A DNA stretch of 64,000 nucleotides from an uncultured Alphaproteobacteria bacterium (GTDB taxonomy: Bacteria > Pseudomonadota > Alphaproteobacteria > Rhizobiales > Xanthobacteraceae). The stretch lies in assembly GCA_963825015.1 (NCBI GenBank), contig CAWGRN010000021.1, positions 3,295-67,294 of the forward strand, read 5' to 3'. Position numbers and translations under genes: made by a program. Position 1 is the stretch's first letter; every line of letters starts with the position of its first letter. This document shows positions 43,359 through 55,156 of this stretch, piece after piece. Below the pieces are notes generated by a model that was given only the letters and a program-made list of their open reading frames with translations, was not told the DNA's origin and searched no databases.

Positions 43359-44083
43359 GCGCAGCCCCTAGCAGAAATTCGGCATTGCCGTCGCCGCCGT
43401 CGATCGGCGAAGGAATAATTCCGGCCACGCGCCAGCCGAGCGTCGTCACCAGCGCCGCGATGTCGTCGCAGACCGCGCCGTGCACGGCCGGATCGCGCAC
43501 GATGCCGCGTTTGAGATTGGCGCGGCCGGCCTCGAATTGCGGCTTGATCAGCGCAATCAGTTGCGCCGGCAGCTTCGCCAGCGCCAGCGCCGCCGGCAAG
43601 ACCAGCTTGAGCGAAATGAAGCTGACATCGACCACGACCAGATCGGGCCGATCGCTGAACCGGGCAGGGGACAGTTTGCGGATATCGGTCTCCTCCAGCG
43701 AAATGACCTCGGGCCGCGCGCGCAGGCTCGGGTGCAACTGCCCGTGCCCGACATCGACGGCGTAGACGCTGGATCGCGCCGCGTTCCAGCAGCACCTGGG
43801 TAAAGCCGCCGGTCGAGGCGCCGACATCGAGGCAAATCCGGCCGCGCGGATCAAAGCCGAAATGATCCAGCGCCGCTTTGAGTTTCAGGCCGCCGCGCGA
43901 GACATAAGGATGCGCCGCGCTGGCGCGCAACTTGGCATCGACCGCGATCTCTTCCGAGGCTTTGCGCACGGCGACGTCGTCGGCCAGCACCAGGCCGGCT
44001 TCGATCGCGGCCTGCGCCTTGGCGCGGCTCTCGAACAGACCGCGCTCGACCAGCAGGCGATCGATGCGAGCTTTTTTCGGCAA
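43351..44083 (-). CDS. tlyA: TlyA-family rRNA methyltransferase (frameshift near 43774)
   Basis: S4 domain, [40 protein letters not shown]. Confidence 0.92.
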
Positions 44084-44109
44084 TGGGAGCCTTTCGACGT
44101 AAAGCGGGC

Positions 44110-46032
44110 TCAGGCCAGCTTCACCGTCTCGGCGTCGGCGTCCTTGCCCAGCGCCTCGAACACCTTGATGACGATGCCTTTGGCGTCGAGACCGGCTTTG
44201 GCATACATCGCGGCCGGTGAATCCTGATCCTGGAATTCGTCCGGCAACACCATGCAGCGCACTTTCAGGCCGCTATCCAGCACGCCGTTCTCGGCCAGCG
44301 TCTGCAAAACATAACTGCCGAAGCCGCCGATCGAACCTTCCTCGATGGTGACCAGCACTTCGTGTTCGCGCGCCAGCCGCAGCAGCAGGTCGGTGTCCAA
44401 CGGCTTGGCAAAACGGGCGTCGGCGACCGTGGTCGACAGGCCGAGCGCCGCCAGTTCGTCCGCCGCCTTCAGGCATTCGCCGAGCCGCGCGCCGAACGAC
44501 AGCAGCGCCACCTTGTGGCCTTCGCGGATGATGCGGCCCTTGCCGATCTCCAGCGCCTGGCCTTCGGCCGGCATCGGTACGCCGCGGCCTTCGCCGCGCG
44601 GATAGCGCAACGCCGACGGCCGGTCGTCGATCGCCACTTGCGTCGCCACCATGTTCACCAGCTCGGCCTCGTCCGCCGCCGCCATCAGCACGAAACCGGG
44701 CAGGCAGCCGAGATAGGCCACGTCGAACGCGCCGGCATGGGTCGGGCCGTCAGCGCCGACCAATCCTGCGCGATCGATTGCGAAGCGTACCGGCAGCTTT
44801 TGGATCGCAACGTCATGCACGACCTGGTCATAGGCGCGCTGCAGGAACGTCGAATAGATGGTCGCGAACGGCTTGAAGCCTTGCGTCGCCAGACCTGCGG
44901 CGAAAGTCACCGCATGCTGCTCGGCAATGCCGACATCGAAGAAGCGGTTGGGAAATTCCTCGGCGAACAGATCGAGCCCGGTGCCGGACGGCATCGCCGC
45001 GGTGATGGCGACGATATGATCGTCCTTGCGGGCTTCCTTGATCAGGCTTTCGGCGAAAACTTTGGTGTATTGCGGCGCGCCGCCCTTGGACTTGGCCTGC
45101 GCGCCGGTGGCGACGTCGAATTTGACCACGCCGTGATATTTGTCGGCGGAAATTTCCGCCGGTCCATAACCTTTGCCCTTCTGGGTGACCACGTGCACGA
45201 GGATCGGGCCGATCTCGGCATCGCGGACGTTGCGCAGCACCGGCAGCAGATGATCGAGATTGTGCCCGTCAATGGGGCCGCAGTAATAGAAGCCGAGCTC
45301 CTCGAACAGCGTGCCGCCCATGACGTAACCGCGCGCATGCTCGATGGCGCGCGTGATGGCGCGATCCCAGCTCTTGGGCAGGTGATGGGTGAGTTGCTTG
45401 CCGACGTCGCGCAGCTTGAGATAAGTGTGGCCGGAACCCAGCCGCGCCAAATAGGCCGACATGGCGCCGACCGGCGGCGCGATCGACATGTCGTTGTCGT
45501 TGAGGATGACGATCAGCCGCTCGTTGCGCGCGCCGGCATTGTTCATCGCCTCATAGGCCATGCCGGCCGACATGGCGCCGTCGCCGATCACGCAGATGAC
45601 TTCGTTGTGCTTGCCCTCGAGATCGCGCGCCACCGCCATGCCGAGACCGGCTGAGATCGAGGTCGAGGAATGCGCGGCGCCGAACGGGTCGTATTCGCTC
45701 TCGGCGCGCTTGGTGAAGCCGGACAGCCCGCCGGCCTGGCGCAGCGTGCGGATGCGGTCGCGCCGGCCGGTCAAAATCTTGTGCGGATAGGCCTGGTGGC
45801 CGACGTCCCAGATCAGCTTGTCGGTCGGCGTGTCGAACACCGCGTGCAGCGCCACGGTCAGTTCGACCACACCGAGGCCGGCACCCAGATGCCCGCCGGT
45901 ATTGGCCACCGCGTCGATGGTTTCCGTGCGCAGTTCGTCGGCGAGCTGCTTGAGCTGCTCGACCGACAGGTTCTTCATGTCGCTCGGCAGGTGGATGCGA
46001 TCCAGCAGCGGCGTTTGGGTGGGATTTGACAA
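44110..46032 (-). CDS. dxs: 1-deoxy-D-xylulose-5-phosphate synthase
   Basis: [45 protein letters not shown]. Confidence 0.97.
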   Translation of the reverse strand: MSNPTQTPLLDRIHLPSDMKNLSVEQLKQLADELRTETIDAVANTGGHLGAGLGVVELTVALHAVFDTPTDKLIWDVGHQAYPHKILTGRRDRIRTLRQAGGLSGFTKRAESEYDPFGAAHSSTSISAGLGMAVARDLEGKHNEVICVIGDGAMSAGMAYEAMNNAGARNERLIVILNDNDMSIAPPVGAMSAYLARLGSGHTYLKLRDVGKQLTHHLPKSWDRAITRAIEHARGYVMGGTLFEELGFYYCGPIDGHNLDHLLPVLRNVRDAEIGPILVHVVTQKGKGYGPAEISADKYHGVVKFDVATGAQAKSKGGAPQYTKVFAESLIKEARKDDHIVAITAAMPSGTGLDLFAEEFPNRFFDVGIAEQHAVTFAAGLATQGFKPFATIYSTFLQRAYDQVVHDVAIQKLPVRFAIDRAGLVGADGPTHAGAFDVAYLGCLPGFVLMAAADEAELVNMVATQVAIDDRPSALRYPRGEGRGVPMPAEGQALEIGKGRIIREGHKVALLSFGARLGECLKAADELAALGLSTTVADARFAKPLDTDLLLRLAREHEVLVTIEEGSIGGFGSYVLQTLAENGVLDSGLKVRCMVLPDEFQDQDSPAAMYAKAGLDAKGIVIKVFEALGKDADAETVKLA

Positions 46033-46171
46033 AAAGCAACTCCGCAGCGGGGCCAGGCGCACGGGCGCCGACCCCAAAATCAGCCCAAGCAGGCTTACAC
46101 CAGATGTGCCGGGGCGGGCAATTCAGCCTTGGCCAGGGTTCCAGCCGTCGATCGGCCCGCCAGGGCCGGGT

Positions 46172-46423
46172 CTAGTCGACGTCGAGCGGTTCGGTGCCGG
46201 TCGGCTTGCCGGAGGCATCGAGGGTGATCTTCTCGACCCGGGCTTCGGCCTGCCGCAGCAGCTCTTCGCAGCGCTTCTTGAGCACTTCGCCGCGCTCATA
46301 GATCGCCACCGACTCCTCGAGCGGCACCTTGCCTTCCTCCAGCCGCTTGACGATCGATTCCAATTCCTCGATCGCCCGCTCGAAGGGCATTTTCTTCACG
46401 TCAGTATTGGCGGGGTCGGCCAT
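46172..46423 (-). CDS. xseB: Exodeoxyribonuclease VII small subunit
   Basis: [18 protein letters not shown]...[11 protein letters not shown]. Confidence 0.95.
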   Translation of the reverse strand: MADPANTDVKKMPFERAIEELESIVKRLEEGKVPLEESVAIYERGEVLKKRCEELLRQAEARVEKITLDASGKPTGTEPLDVD

Positions 46424-46496
46424 ATTCGCTTTCCGGCGCGTTTTCGTAAGGCAGGCATTCTATGCCGCTTTGGGATGGAGCAGATCGGCCGGGTCG

Positions 46497-47306
46497 TCAA
46501 CTGGGGCGATTGGCCCATTTCCGCCGCCAAGCGGTCATCGCCAGCACCAGGCCGCGGGGCAATAGCCGTGGCAGCAGGGTCACGATGCGGTTGGGCTTGC
46601 CCGGCACCACCACCCGGTGGCCATCCATGAAGCCTTGGTAGCCGTCGCGGGCGACGCGTTCCGCCGAGCGGTTGAGGAAGCCGGGCAGGTAGTCATCCGG
46701 CATCCCGGCCCGGGCATTGAATTCCGTATCGACCGGGCCCGGGCAGAGCGCGCAGACCCGCACCCCGTCGCCTTTGAGCTCCTCATGCAGCGCCTCGGTG
46801 AACGACACCACATAGGCCTTGCTGGCGTGATAGACGGCCATGCCGGGACCGGGCAGGAAACCGGCAATGGACGCGACGTTGAGGATGCCGCCGCGATGCC
46901 GGGTGACACTTTCTAACCAGCGCAGCGACAAATCGGTGAGCGCGCGAATGTTGAGATCGATCATGGCAAGCTGTTGTGCGGGGTCGAGGTCGGCCGCCTC
47001 GCCGAGCAGGCCGAAGCCGGCGTTGTTGACGACAATCGACGGCTCCAGACCGGCGGCGCGCAAGGCGTCGGCCAGCCGCGCCGGACCGTCGGGCTGGCCC
47101 AGATCGACGGCAATGACTTGCGGGCGGGCGCGACCCGCGGCCGCGATCTCATCGGCCAGGGCGGCAAGCTGCACCTCGCGCCGCGCGGTCAGCACCAGCG
47201 CGTGGCCATGTTGCGCAAAGACGCGCGCCAGCGCCGCGCCGATGCCGGCGGAAGCGCCGGTGATGAGGCACACGGGCTGCAAGGCTGACCGTTGCAAGGG
47301 TGACAT
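46497..47306 (-). CDS. SDR oxidoreductase (DltE-like)
   Basis: TGASAGIG, NNAGFG, YHASK. Confidence 0.9.
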   Translation of the reverse strand: MSPLQRSALQPVCLITGASAGIGAALARVFAQHGHALVLTARREVQLAALADEIAAAGRARPQVIAVDLGQPDGPARLADALRAAGLEPSIVVNNAGFGLLGEAADLDPAQQLAMIDLNIRALTDLSLRWLESVTRHRGGILNVASIAGFLPGPGMAVYHASKAYVVSFTEALHEELKGDGVRVCALCPGPVDTEFNARAGMPDDYLPGFLNRSAERVARDGYQGFMDGHRVVVPGKPNRIVTLLPRLLPRGLVLAMTAWRRKWANRPS

Positions 47307-47359
47307 CTGACGATGAATGCAAGACAATGCACAATAATGCAACGACAGGGACGCTTCGC

Positions 47360-48083
47360 TTGGCCGATCTAAAGGAAAAAATCGTATTGATCACGGGCGC
47401 CGCCGGCGCCATCGGCGCCGCCGCGGTGGCCGCGGTCAGACAGCGCAGGCGGCACCGCGATCGCGACCGATCTGGCCGGCGCCGGTGGGATCGAAAAACT
47501 CGACGTCACCGCCGAATCCGATTGGCAGCGCGTCACCGGCGATATCGAACGCCAGCACGGCCGGCTCGATGGGCTGGTGAATGCCGCCGGCATCGCCATC
47601 GTCGGCAGCATCGAGAAACTCGACTTTGCCTCCTGGCGGCGCGTGCTGTCGATCAATCTCGACGGCACGTTCCTGGGCTGCAAATACGCATTCCCGCTGC
47701 TGCGCAAGAAAGGCGGCTCGATCGTCAATTTATCGTCGGTGCTCGGGCTGGTCGGCAGTTCCAATCTGACGGCGTACAATGCCTCGAAGGGCGGGGTATC
47801 GCTGCTGACCAAATCGGTGGCGCTCAATGGCGCGCGTTACCGGCCGCCGGTGCGCTGCAACGCGGTCTGCCCGGCCTTCGTGGAAGGACCCATGGTCGAC
47901 GTGATCGCGCATGGCACGAAGAATCCCGAGGCGGTGCGCCAAAGGCTGATGAATGACATTCCGGTCGGCCGTATGGGCAGGCCGGAGGAGGTCGCCGGGC
48001 TTTGCGTCTATCTGCTGTCGGACGAAGCCGGCTTCATCACCGGCGCGGATTTCCCGATCGACGGCGGGCTGACGGCGAAATAG
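47360..48083 (+). CDS. SDR oxidoreductase (frameshift near 47445)
   Basis: TGAAGAIG, VNAAG, YNASK, IDGG. Confidence 0.88.
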
Positions 48084-48095
48084 AAGCGCGGCCAG

Positions 48096-49031
48096 CTATC
48101 CCCGCATCAGTGCGGTGACATGGGCCGCGGCCGAGCGCGACAGTCCTTGCAAATCGTAGCCGCCCTCAAGCACCGAGACGATGCGGCCTTGCGCGCTGTC
48201 GTCGGCGATGTCCATCAGCTTCTTGGTGACCCAGGTGTAATCGGCTTCCACGAGATTGAGGTTGGCCAGCGGATCGCGGGTGTGGGCGTCGAAGCCCGCC
48301 GAGATCACCAGCAGTTCCGGCTTGAACTCACGCAGGCGCGGCAGGATCACGGTCTCGAAGGCGTCGCGGAATTGGTCGCCGCCGTCGCCGGCCCGCAATG
48401 GCGCGTTGACGATGGTGTTGTGGTCGCCGCGCTCGCTGATCGCGCCGGTGCCGGGATAAAGCGGCATCTCATGGGTCGAGCAATACAGCACGCTCTTGTC
48501 GGACCAGAAGATGTCCTGCGAGCCGTTGCCGTGATGCACGTCGAAATCGACGATGGCCGCGCGCTCGATGCCGAAACGGTTTTGCGCATAACGCGCCGCG
48601 ATCGCAGCGTTGTTGAACAGGCAAAACCCCATCGGCCGCGCCACCTCGGCATGATGGCCGGGCGGACGCACCGCGACAAAGGCATTCGACGCCTTCTGGT
48701 TCATGACCTCGTCGACCGCCAGCACGGCGCCGCCGGCGCCGCGCAGCGCGGCCTCGAAACTGCCGGCTGACATCGAGGTGTCGGCATCGAGCCGCACCAT
48801 GCCTTCGCCTTCGTCGGGCGAGGCGTTGCGGATCGCCTCGATGTAATCCAGCGGATGAACCAGCGCGATGATCTCTTGCGGCGCCATCGGCGCCTGCTCG
48901 CGCGCCAGCATATGAAATTTCGGCTTTGCCAACTCCTCTTCGACCGCGCGCAGCCGGTCCGGCCGCTCGGGATGGCCGGGCGGGGTCAGGTGATTGAGGC
49001 AGGCGGGATGGCTGATGAGCAGAGTGGACAT
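48096..49031 (-). CDS. Histone deacetylase-family (Zn-dependent acetyl-lysine/polyamine deacetylase) protein
   Basis: HPERPDRL, RPPGHHA, DFDVHHGNG, SAGFD, LEGGY. Confidence 0.94.
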   Translation of the reverse strand: MSTLLISHPACLNHLTPPGHPERPDRLRAVEEELAKPKFHMLAREQAPMAPQEIIALVHPLDYIEAIRNASPDEGEGMVRLDADTSMSAGSFEAALRGAGGAVLAVDEVMNQKASNAFVAVRPPGHHAEVARPMGFCLFNNAAIAARYAQNRFGIERAAIVDFDVHHGNGSQDIFWSDKSVLYCSTHEMPLYPGTGAISERGDHNTIVNAPLRAGDGGDQFRDAFETVILPRLREFKPELLVISAGFDAHTRDPLANLNLVEADYTWVTKKLMDIADDSAQGRIVSVLEGGYDLQGLSRSAAAHVTALMRG

Positions 49032-49070
49032 GGACTTGTTCTAACGCGGCGGGGCGTTGCCGCCAACCCT

Positions 49071-49934
49071 TCAGCGCAGCGCCTTCAGACTCACGCCCGC
49101 CGGCGGCAGGCTGTCGTCGGGCACGAAAAAATCCACCTGCAGCGGCTGGCTCGGATCGGCGCGGTATTGGTCGAAGTTCGGTAACGCCTTCGCCGGCCAG
49201 GAACGTGTCGTCGATCAGGAAGTTGCCGGTGAAGCTCTTCGGCTTGTGGAAAATGCGGTAGGCCGCTTCGGCCAGAATTTCCGGCGTGCGCGACATCTTC
49301 ATCAAGGCGTCGCCGCCGAGGATGTTCTTGATCGCGGCGGTGGCGATGGTCGTGCGCGGCCACAGCGCGTTGACCGCGATCTTGCCGCGCTGTTCGCCGG
49401 CCAGGCCCAGCACCACCAGGCTCATGCCGAATTTCGCCATGGCATAGCCGGTGGCCGGCGCGAACCATTTCTCCTTCATGTCGAGCGGCGGCGACAGCAT
49501 CAGGATGTGCGGGTTCTCCGCCTTGGCCAGATGCGGCAGGGCATATTTCGACACCATGAAGGTGCCGCGCGCATTGATCTGATGCATCAGATCGAAGCGG
49601 CGCATGTCGGTCTGCGGCCACCGGCGTGAGCTGGATCGCGCTGGCGTTGTTGACGACGATGTCGATGCCGCCGAAATGCGCCGCGGTCTGGTCGAGCGCC
49701 GCCTTCACCGCCGCTTCCTCGCGCACGTCGACCGCGAGCGCCAGTGCCTGGCCGCCGGCCTTCTCGATCTCGGCCGCGGCGGTGTGGATGGTGCCTTCGA
49801 GCTTGGGATGCGGGTCGACGGTCTTGGCGGCGATCGCGACATTGGCGCCGTCGGCGGCGGCCTTGAGCGCGATCGCCAAGCCCGATGCCGCGCGAGCCGC
49901 CGGTGATGAATAGCGTCTTGCCCTTCAGCGACAT
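49071..49934 (-). CDS. HSDL2/AtuG-like SDR, frameshifted
   Basis: [48 protein letters not shown]. Confidence 0.88.
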
Positions 49935-50031
49935 CTATGTGCCCTCTTAAAAAGAAACCCGGAAATTCTTAAGTTTGGCGCTCAAGGGATAACACAGAGG
50001 CGCGCCCGCGTGCGCGCCATGGGGCCACAAA

Positions 50032-50979
50032 ATGCAGCTTTCCGGCATTCACCATCTCACCGCCGTGTCGGCCGACGCCCCCGGCAATGTCAAATTCTAC
50101 ACCAAGCTCTGGGCCTGCGCATGGTCAAGAAGACCGTCAACCAGGACGATGTCAGCGCCTATCATCTGTTCTATGCCGACGGAGTGGCCTCGCCCGGCAG
50201 CGACATCACCTTTTTCGATTTTCCGACGCTGCCGGAAAAGCGCGGCAACAACACCATCACCCGCACCGGCTTGCGCGTCGCCGGCGCAGCCAGCCTGCAC
50301 TGGTGGCAGCGAGCGGCTGACAGAAGGCCGCCGTGCAAGATCGGCGAGATTGCCGAGCTCGACGGACGGCTGACGCTGGAGTTCGAGGATCCGGAAGGCC
50401 AGCGCCTGGCGCTGGTCGACGACGGCGGCAAGGGCGCCGCGCATCCTTGGGAAAAGAGCGCGGTGCCGGCCGAGCATCAGATCCGCGGGCTCGGACCGAT
50501 CATCATGACGGTGCCGGAGCTGCGGCCGACCGATCTGGTGCTCACCCATGTCATGAACATGAAGCCGGTGCGCGACTATCCGCATCCGGAGTCGAAGGGC
50601 GATAGCGTTCATGTCTATCAGATGGGCGAGGGCGGACCTGCCGCCGAGCTGCATGTCGCGGTGCGGCCGAATCTGCGCGCCTGCGCATCCCGGCGCCGGC
50701 GGCGTGCATCACGTCGCGTTCCGCTCGCCCGACGCCGACTACGACGCCTGGGCGGCGCGGCTCAAGGAGATGCGCATTCCCAACAGCGGCAAGGTCGACC
50801 GCTACTGGTTCCACTCGCTGTATTTCCGCGAGCCGAACGGCATTCTGTTCGAGATCGCCACCGACGGGCCGGGCTTTGCGGTCGACGAGCCGCTCGACAA
50901 GCTCGGCGAGAGCCTGGTGCTGCCGCCGTTCCTCGAAGCCGACCGCAAGGAGATCGAAGCGGGGCTGAAGCCGTTGTGA
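50032..50979 (+). CDS. VOC/glyoxalase-family ring-cleaving dioxygenase (MhqA-like), frameshifted
   Basis: [15 protein letters not shown]...[36 protein letters not shown]. Confidence 0.9.
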
Positions 50980-51068
50980 AATTTATGTGTCGGCGTTGAT
51001 TTGTCTCAATGCGCGGAAGCCCACAATCGTCTTGGCTGGCATCCACTCAAATTGCCGAGGTGAATGCC

Positions 51069-51485
51069 ATGGCAAATATCCTTTCAACAAACGATCTGAA
51101 CGCGGAACTGAAGAAACAGGCCGTGGCGCTTGGCCTCAAGGTCAGCGACGCCAAGCAAGGGCTGGCGGGCGAGGCCGAATCCATTGGCGCCAAGTGGTGG
51201 CTGGGCGGCCGCAAAGTGAATTACAACATGTCGTGCCGTCTGGCGGAGCCGGATCATACCGTCCATTTCCGTGAAGCCGTGAGCGAGCGCAGCTGGGGCA
51301 TCCCGCCGCCGACGCTGACGGTCGAAAAGACCACGGTCAGCGGCTGGAAACGATCCGGTGAGCGCACCGATGCCTCGGTCGGCGGCGGCGGCTCGCTCGA
51401 TTACGCGCGCGTGCGCGACGCCGTCGAGAAGGCGGTCACAGCCTCGGGCTGGGTTTTCCATCTCGAAGGCGGACGCATGCCGTGA
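51069..51485 (+). CDS. Hypothetical protein
   Basis: GAGGTG RBS before ATG; clean ORF with host-like codon usage. Confidence 0.7.
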   Translation: MANILSTNDLNAELKKQAVALGLKVSDAKQGLAGEAESIGAKWWLGGRKVNYNMSCRLAEPDHTVHFREAVSERSWGIPPPTLTVEKTTVSGWKRSGERTDASVGGGGSLDYARVRDAVEKAVTASGWVFHLEGGRMP

Positions 51486-51497
51486 TGGTCAGGCCTT

Positions 51498-52252
51498 TCA
51501 GCGCTTGCGCATCATGAATGCCTCGAATGCGGCCGCGCCTCGGCCGACTGAAGCCGCGCTTTGAACAGTTCGGCTTCGTCGTCGATGCGCGCGACGATCT
51601 CGTCGGGCGCGCCGCGCATCAACCGGCGCGACGCCAGCACGGCCTGCGGCGGCAGGCCGGCGATCTCGCGTGCGGCCTTCATCGCCTCGGCTTCGACCGC
51701 GTCGGGCGCGACAACCGTGTTGACCAGCCCGGCGGCTTTCGCCGCATCGGCATTCAACGGCTGGCCCATCACCAACAGCGAAAACGCGCGCGCCTGACCC
51801 ATCAGCCGCGGCGCGATCAGGCTGGAGGCCGCTTCCGGCACCAGGCCGAGGCTGACGAAGGGCGTCGAAAACCGCGCTTCGTGGCTCGCCACCACGTGAT
51901 CGCAATGCATCAGCATGGTGGTGCCGACGCCGACCGCGTTGCCCTGCACGGCGGCGACCAGCGGCTTTTCGCAGCGCGCCAGCGCATAGAGAAAGCGCAG
52001 GATCGGCGTGCCAAGTCCGGCGCCGCCCATTGCCGCCTGGAGAAAGTCGCCGATATCGTTGCCGGCGCAGAATGCGGTCGGGCTGCCGCCGATCAGCACG
52101 CAGCGCAACGCCGGGTCTTTGTCCGCGCTCTCGATGCCCGCCGCCATGGCGTCGTACATCGCCATGGTCAGCGCGTTCTTCTTTTCCGGCCGGTTCATCC
52201 GCACGGTGCGGACCGGTCCGTCGTCGGTGACCAGTGACGAGATTCGCGTCAT
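51498..52252 (-). CDS. Enoyl-CoA hydratase/isomerase (frameshift near the C-terminus)
   Basis: NRPEKKNAL, FCAGND, GNAVGVG, LGLVPEAAS. Confidence 0.92.
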
Positions 52253-54001
52253 TCTGCTATTCCGCTCAATGCGCGGCTTGCGCGCCGTTGACGCTCTCGG
52301 CGCCTTCGGTGACGCTGCGCTCGAGGCCGGTCGCCTGCACCGCGATGTTCTCGGCAAAGAACCGCGCCAGCGCGGTGCGCGCCGGCGCCGTCGCCGCTCC
52401 GCAAACTCGCCAGCGCTTGCTCCGCCAGCATGCAGCCGCCGGCGGCGTTGCCGAACAGCCGCAGATAGGGCGTGGCGCCGGCGAGCGCGGCCTCCGGCGA
52501 TTTCTGCGCCAGCAGCCACAGCGTCGCCCGCTCAAGACTGTCGACCGCTTCGCCCAGGCGCGCGGCCGTCTCGCCGAAGGCCGGGGCATTGCTGGCTTGC
52601 ACAGCCTTCACCGTCCGGCGCAATTCATCGAGATAGAGCGCGACCGTCTTGCCGCCTTGCAGCGGAACCTTGCGCGTCACCAGATCGATCGCCTGGATGC
52701 CGTTGGTGCCCTCGTAGATCGCGGCGATGCGCGCGTCGCGGAAATGCTGGGCGGCGCCGGTTTCTTCGACATAGCCCATGCCGCCATGCACCTGCACGCC
52801 GAGCGAGGCCACCTCGATGCCGATGTCGGTGGAGAAGGCCTTCGCCACCGGCGTGAGCAGCGAGGCGCGCTCATGCGCGATTTTGCGCTCAGGCTCGCTC
52901 TTGTCCGCGATGCGAGCGGTCGAGCGCGACGCCGGTCGCATAACAGATCGCGCGCGCCGCGCCGGTCATCGCGCGCATGGTGAGCAGCATGCGCTTGACG
53001 TCCGGATAGTCGATGATGGCGTGGCCGCTCTGCTTGCGGTCGCGCGCGTAGCTCATGGCCTGTTGCGTGGCGCGCTCGGCGATGCCGACGCCCTGCAGGC
53101 CGACCGCGAGCCGCGCCCGGTTCATCATGGTGAACATCGACGCCATGCCCTTGTGCTCCTCGCCGATGAGGAAGCCGACGGCGCCGCCGTTGTCGCCGTA
53201 GACCATGGTGCAGGTCGGCGAGGCATGGATGCCGAGCTTGTGCTCGACCGAATGCGCGCGCACGTCGTTGCGCGCGGCCAGCGATCCGTCGTCGTTGAGC
53301 AGAAACTTCGGCACCAGGAACAGCGAGATGCCCTTGGTGCCGGGCGGCGCATCGGGCAGCCGCGCCAGCACGAAGTGAATGATGTTGTCGGTGAGATCGT
53401 GCTCGCCGTAGGTGATGAAAATCTTCGAGCCGGTGATGCGATAGCTGCCGTCGCCTGCGCGCTCGGCTTTGGTGCGCAGCGCGCCGACGTCGGAGCCGGC
53501 CTGCGGCTCGGTGAGCTGCATGGTGCCCATCCATTCGCCGCTCACCAGCCTGCTGAGATAAGCCGCTTGAGATCCTCGGCGCCGTAGGCGGCGAGCGCGT
53601 CGATCGCGGCCATGGTCAGCACCGGGCCGATGCCGAAGGCCATCGAGGCCGAGTTCCACATCTCGACGCAGGCGGCGTTCAGCGCATGCGGCAGCTCCTG
53701 GCCGCCCCAGTCGGCCGGCGACGGCGAGCCCGTTCCAGCCGGCGGCGGCCCAGGCGGTATAGGCCTCCTTCCAGCCCGGCGGCATGGTGACGGCGCCATC
53801 CTTGAACGGGGTGCCGAATTTGTCGCCGACGCGGTTGAGCGGCGCGATGACGTCCGAGGCGAAGCGGCCGGCCTCCTCCAGCACCGAATCGACCGTTTCC
53901 TCGTCGAGATCGCCATAAAGCCCTTCCGCCAGCGCGGCTTTGAGCCCGGCGGCGTGTTTGAGCGCAAAAGCGATGTCGGCAACCGGCGCGCGGTAGGTCA
54001 T
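52249..54001 (-). CDS. Acyl-CoA dehydrogenase, frameshifted
   Basis: MTYRAP, TMQLTEPQAGSD, KIFITYGE, EHKLGIHASPT, QVHGGMGY, IYEGTNGIQ. Confidence 0.92.
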
Positions 54002-54088
54002 GGCGCAATGTAACCAGGCGTGGGCGCGGGTCAAAGCGAGCCCCCGCGGCGCCATTGAAAAGGCACGTAGATTGCCGCCGGCCGGGCG

Positions 54089-54117
54089 TTGATCGGGCAG
54101 GGCACCGCCGCTATGGT
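54089..54117 (+). promoter_or_regulatory. Putative sigma70 promoter of tRNA-Gln
   Basis: TTGATC-N17-TATGGT. Confidence 0.5.
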
Positions 54118-54167
54118 CCGCCCGCCGCGCGCGAGTGAGTGCTTCGGCGCGGTATTTTCAGGCTCAG

Positions 54168-54216
54168 GCGCATGATCCCGAAAAGTGGGAACCGGTTTTC
54201 GGAAAGGATCATGCGC
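54168..54216. repeat. 49-bp palindromic intergenic repeat, copy 2
   Basis: GCGCATGATCCCGAAAAGTGGGAACCGGTTTTCGGAAAGGATCATGCGC. Confidence 0.85.
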
Positions 54217-54224
54217 GACTAAGT

Positions 54225-54299
54225 TGGGGCGTAGCCAAGTGGTAAGGCAGCGGATTTTGATTCCGCCATCCCCTGGTTCGAATCCAGGCGCCCCAGCCA
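54225..54299 (+). tRNA. tRNA-Gln (anticodon TTG)
   Basis: TGGGGCG/CGCCCCA acceptor stem, anticodon arm GCGGA-TTTTGAT-TCCGC, GGTTCGAATCC, encoded CCA. Confidence 0.97.
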
Positions 54300-54529
54300 G
54301 CCAGTCCGGTCTCCGCTACTTTTGCGAGTGATGGCTCAAGAAGAGGCCGCTGTTAGGGGCCTCTTGCCTCGGGGTCGGTCTCTGCGGGTGCCTGAATTGA
54401 ATCGATATTTTGGAATTGCCCGAAAGTCTCTACGCAGTTTCGGAAGAATTCCCGATTCGTGGAGATCCAGTGCAGACTCTGCAACCGACACTGGCGCCCC
54501 GGGATGCCAGTTATGGCAGCGCGTATTAT

Positions 54530-55153
54530 TTACGTCGCTTGCGTGGGAACGGTCCAAGGTCGCTGTATTAGGTTGGCAGCTTTGAACGCATTGATCTCGC
54601 TTCGGAAGGATCTCGGTGAGATCGATATCGTCCCATCCGTTCAAGCAGGCGAGTTCGGCGCGCGGGATCGATCGTGAATTGAAAACGCAATTCGCCGCAC
54701 ACAATCGTTTGCCGCTCGAGATCGACCGTCACCGGCAATGCCGGCTCGCGCGCCAGCGCCAGCTGTTAACGCCGCACCTTCGGCGTCGGTCACCAGCGCC
54801 GTCAACAAACCGTTCTTGGTCGCGTTCTGCGAAAAGATATCGCCGAACGAGGGCGCGATGACGCAGCGGATGCCGTAGTCGTAAAGCGCATAGACCGCGG
54901 CTTCGCGCGACGAGCCGCCGCCGAAATTTCGTCCGCCGGCAATAATTTTCGCCTCGCGCCACGGCGACTTGTTCAAGGCAAAGTCCGGCTTTTCGTGGCC
55001 CTGCGCATCGAATCGCAAATCGTTAAACAGCACTTTGCCGTGCTCGCCTTTGCGCGGCAGCTTGAGATAGCGCGCCGGCAAAATCTGATCGGTGTCGATA
55101 TTCTCGGCCGGTAGAGGGCAGGCGATGGCCGTGATGCGGGTGAATTTTTCCAT
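54530..55153 (-). CDS. LeuD-like hydratase/isomerase small subunit (paralog), frameshifted
   Basis: NIDTDQILPARYL, NFGGGSSREAA, APSFGDIF, NGWDDIDLT. Confidence 0.88.
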
Positions 55154-55156
55154 ACC

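Noticed and set aside
44110-46423. ispA missing between xseB and dxs
   Set aside because: The spacer is only about 140 bp with no remnant; gene-order variation is sufficient explanation.
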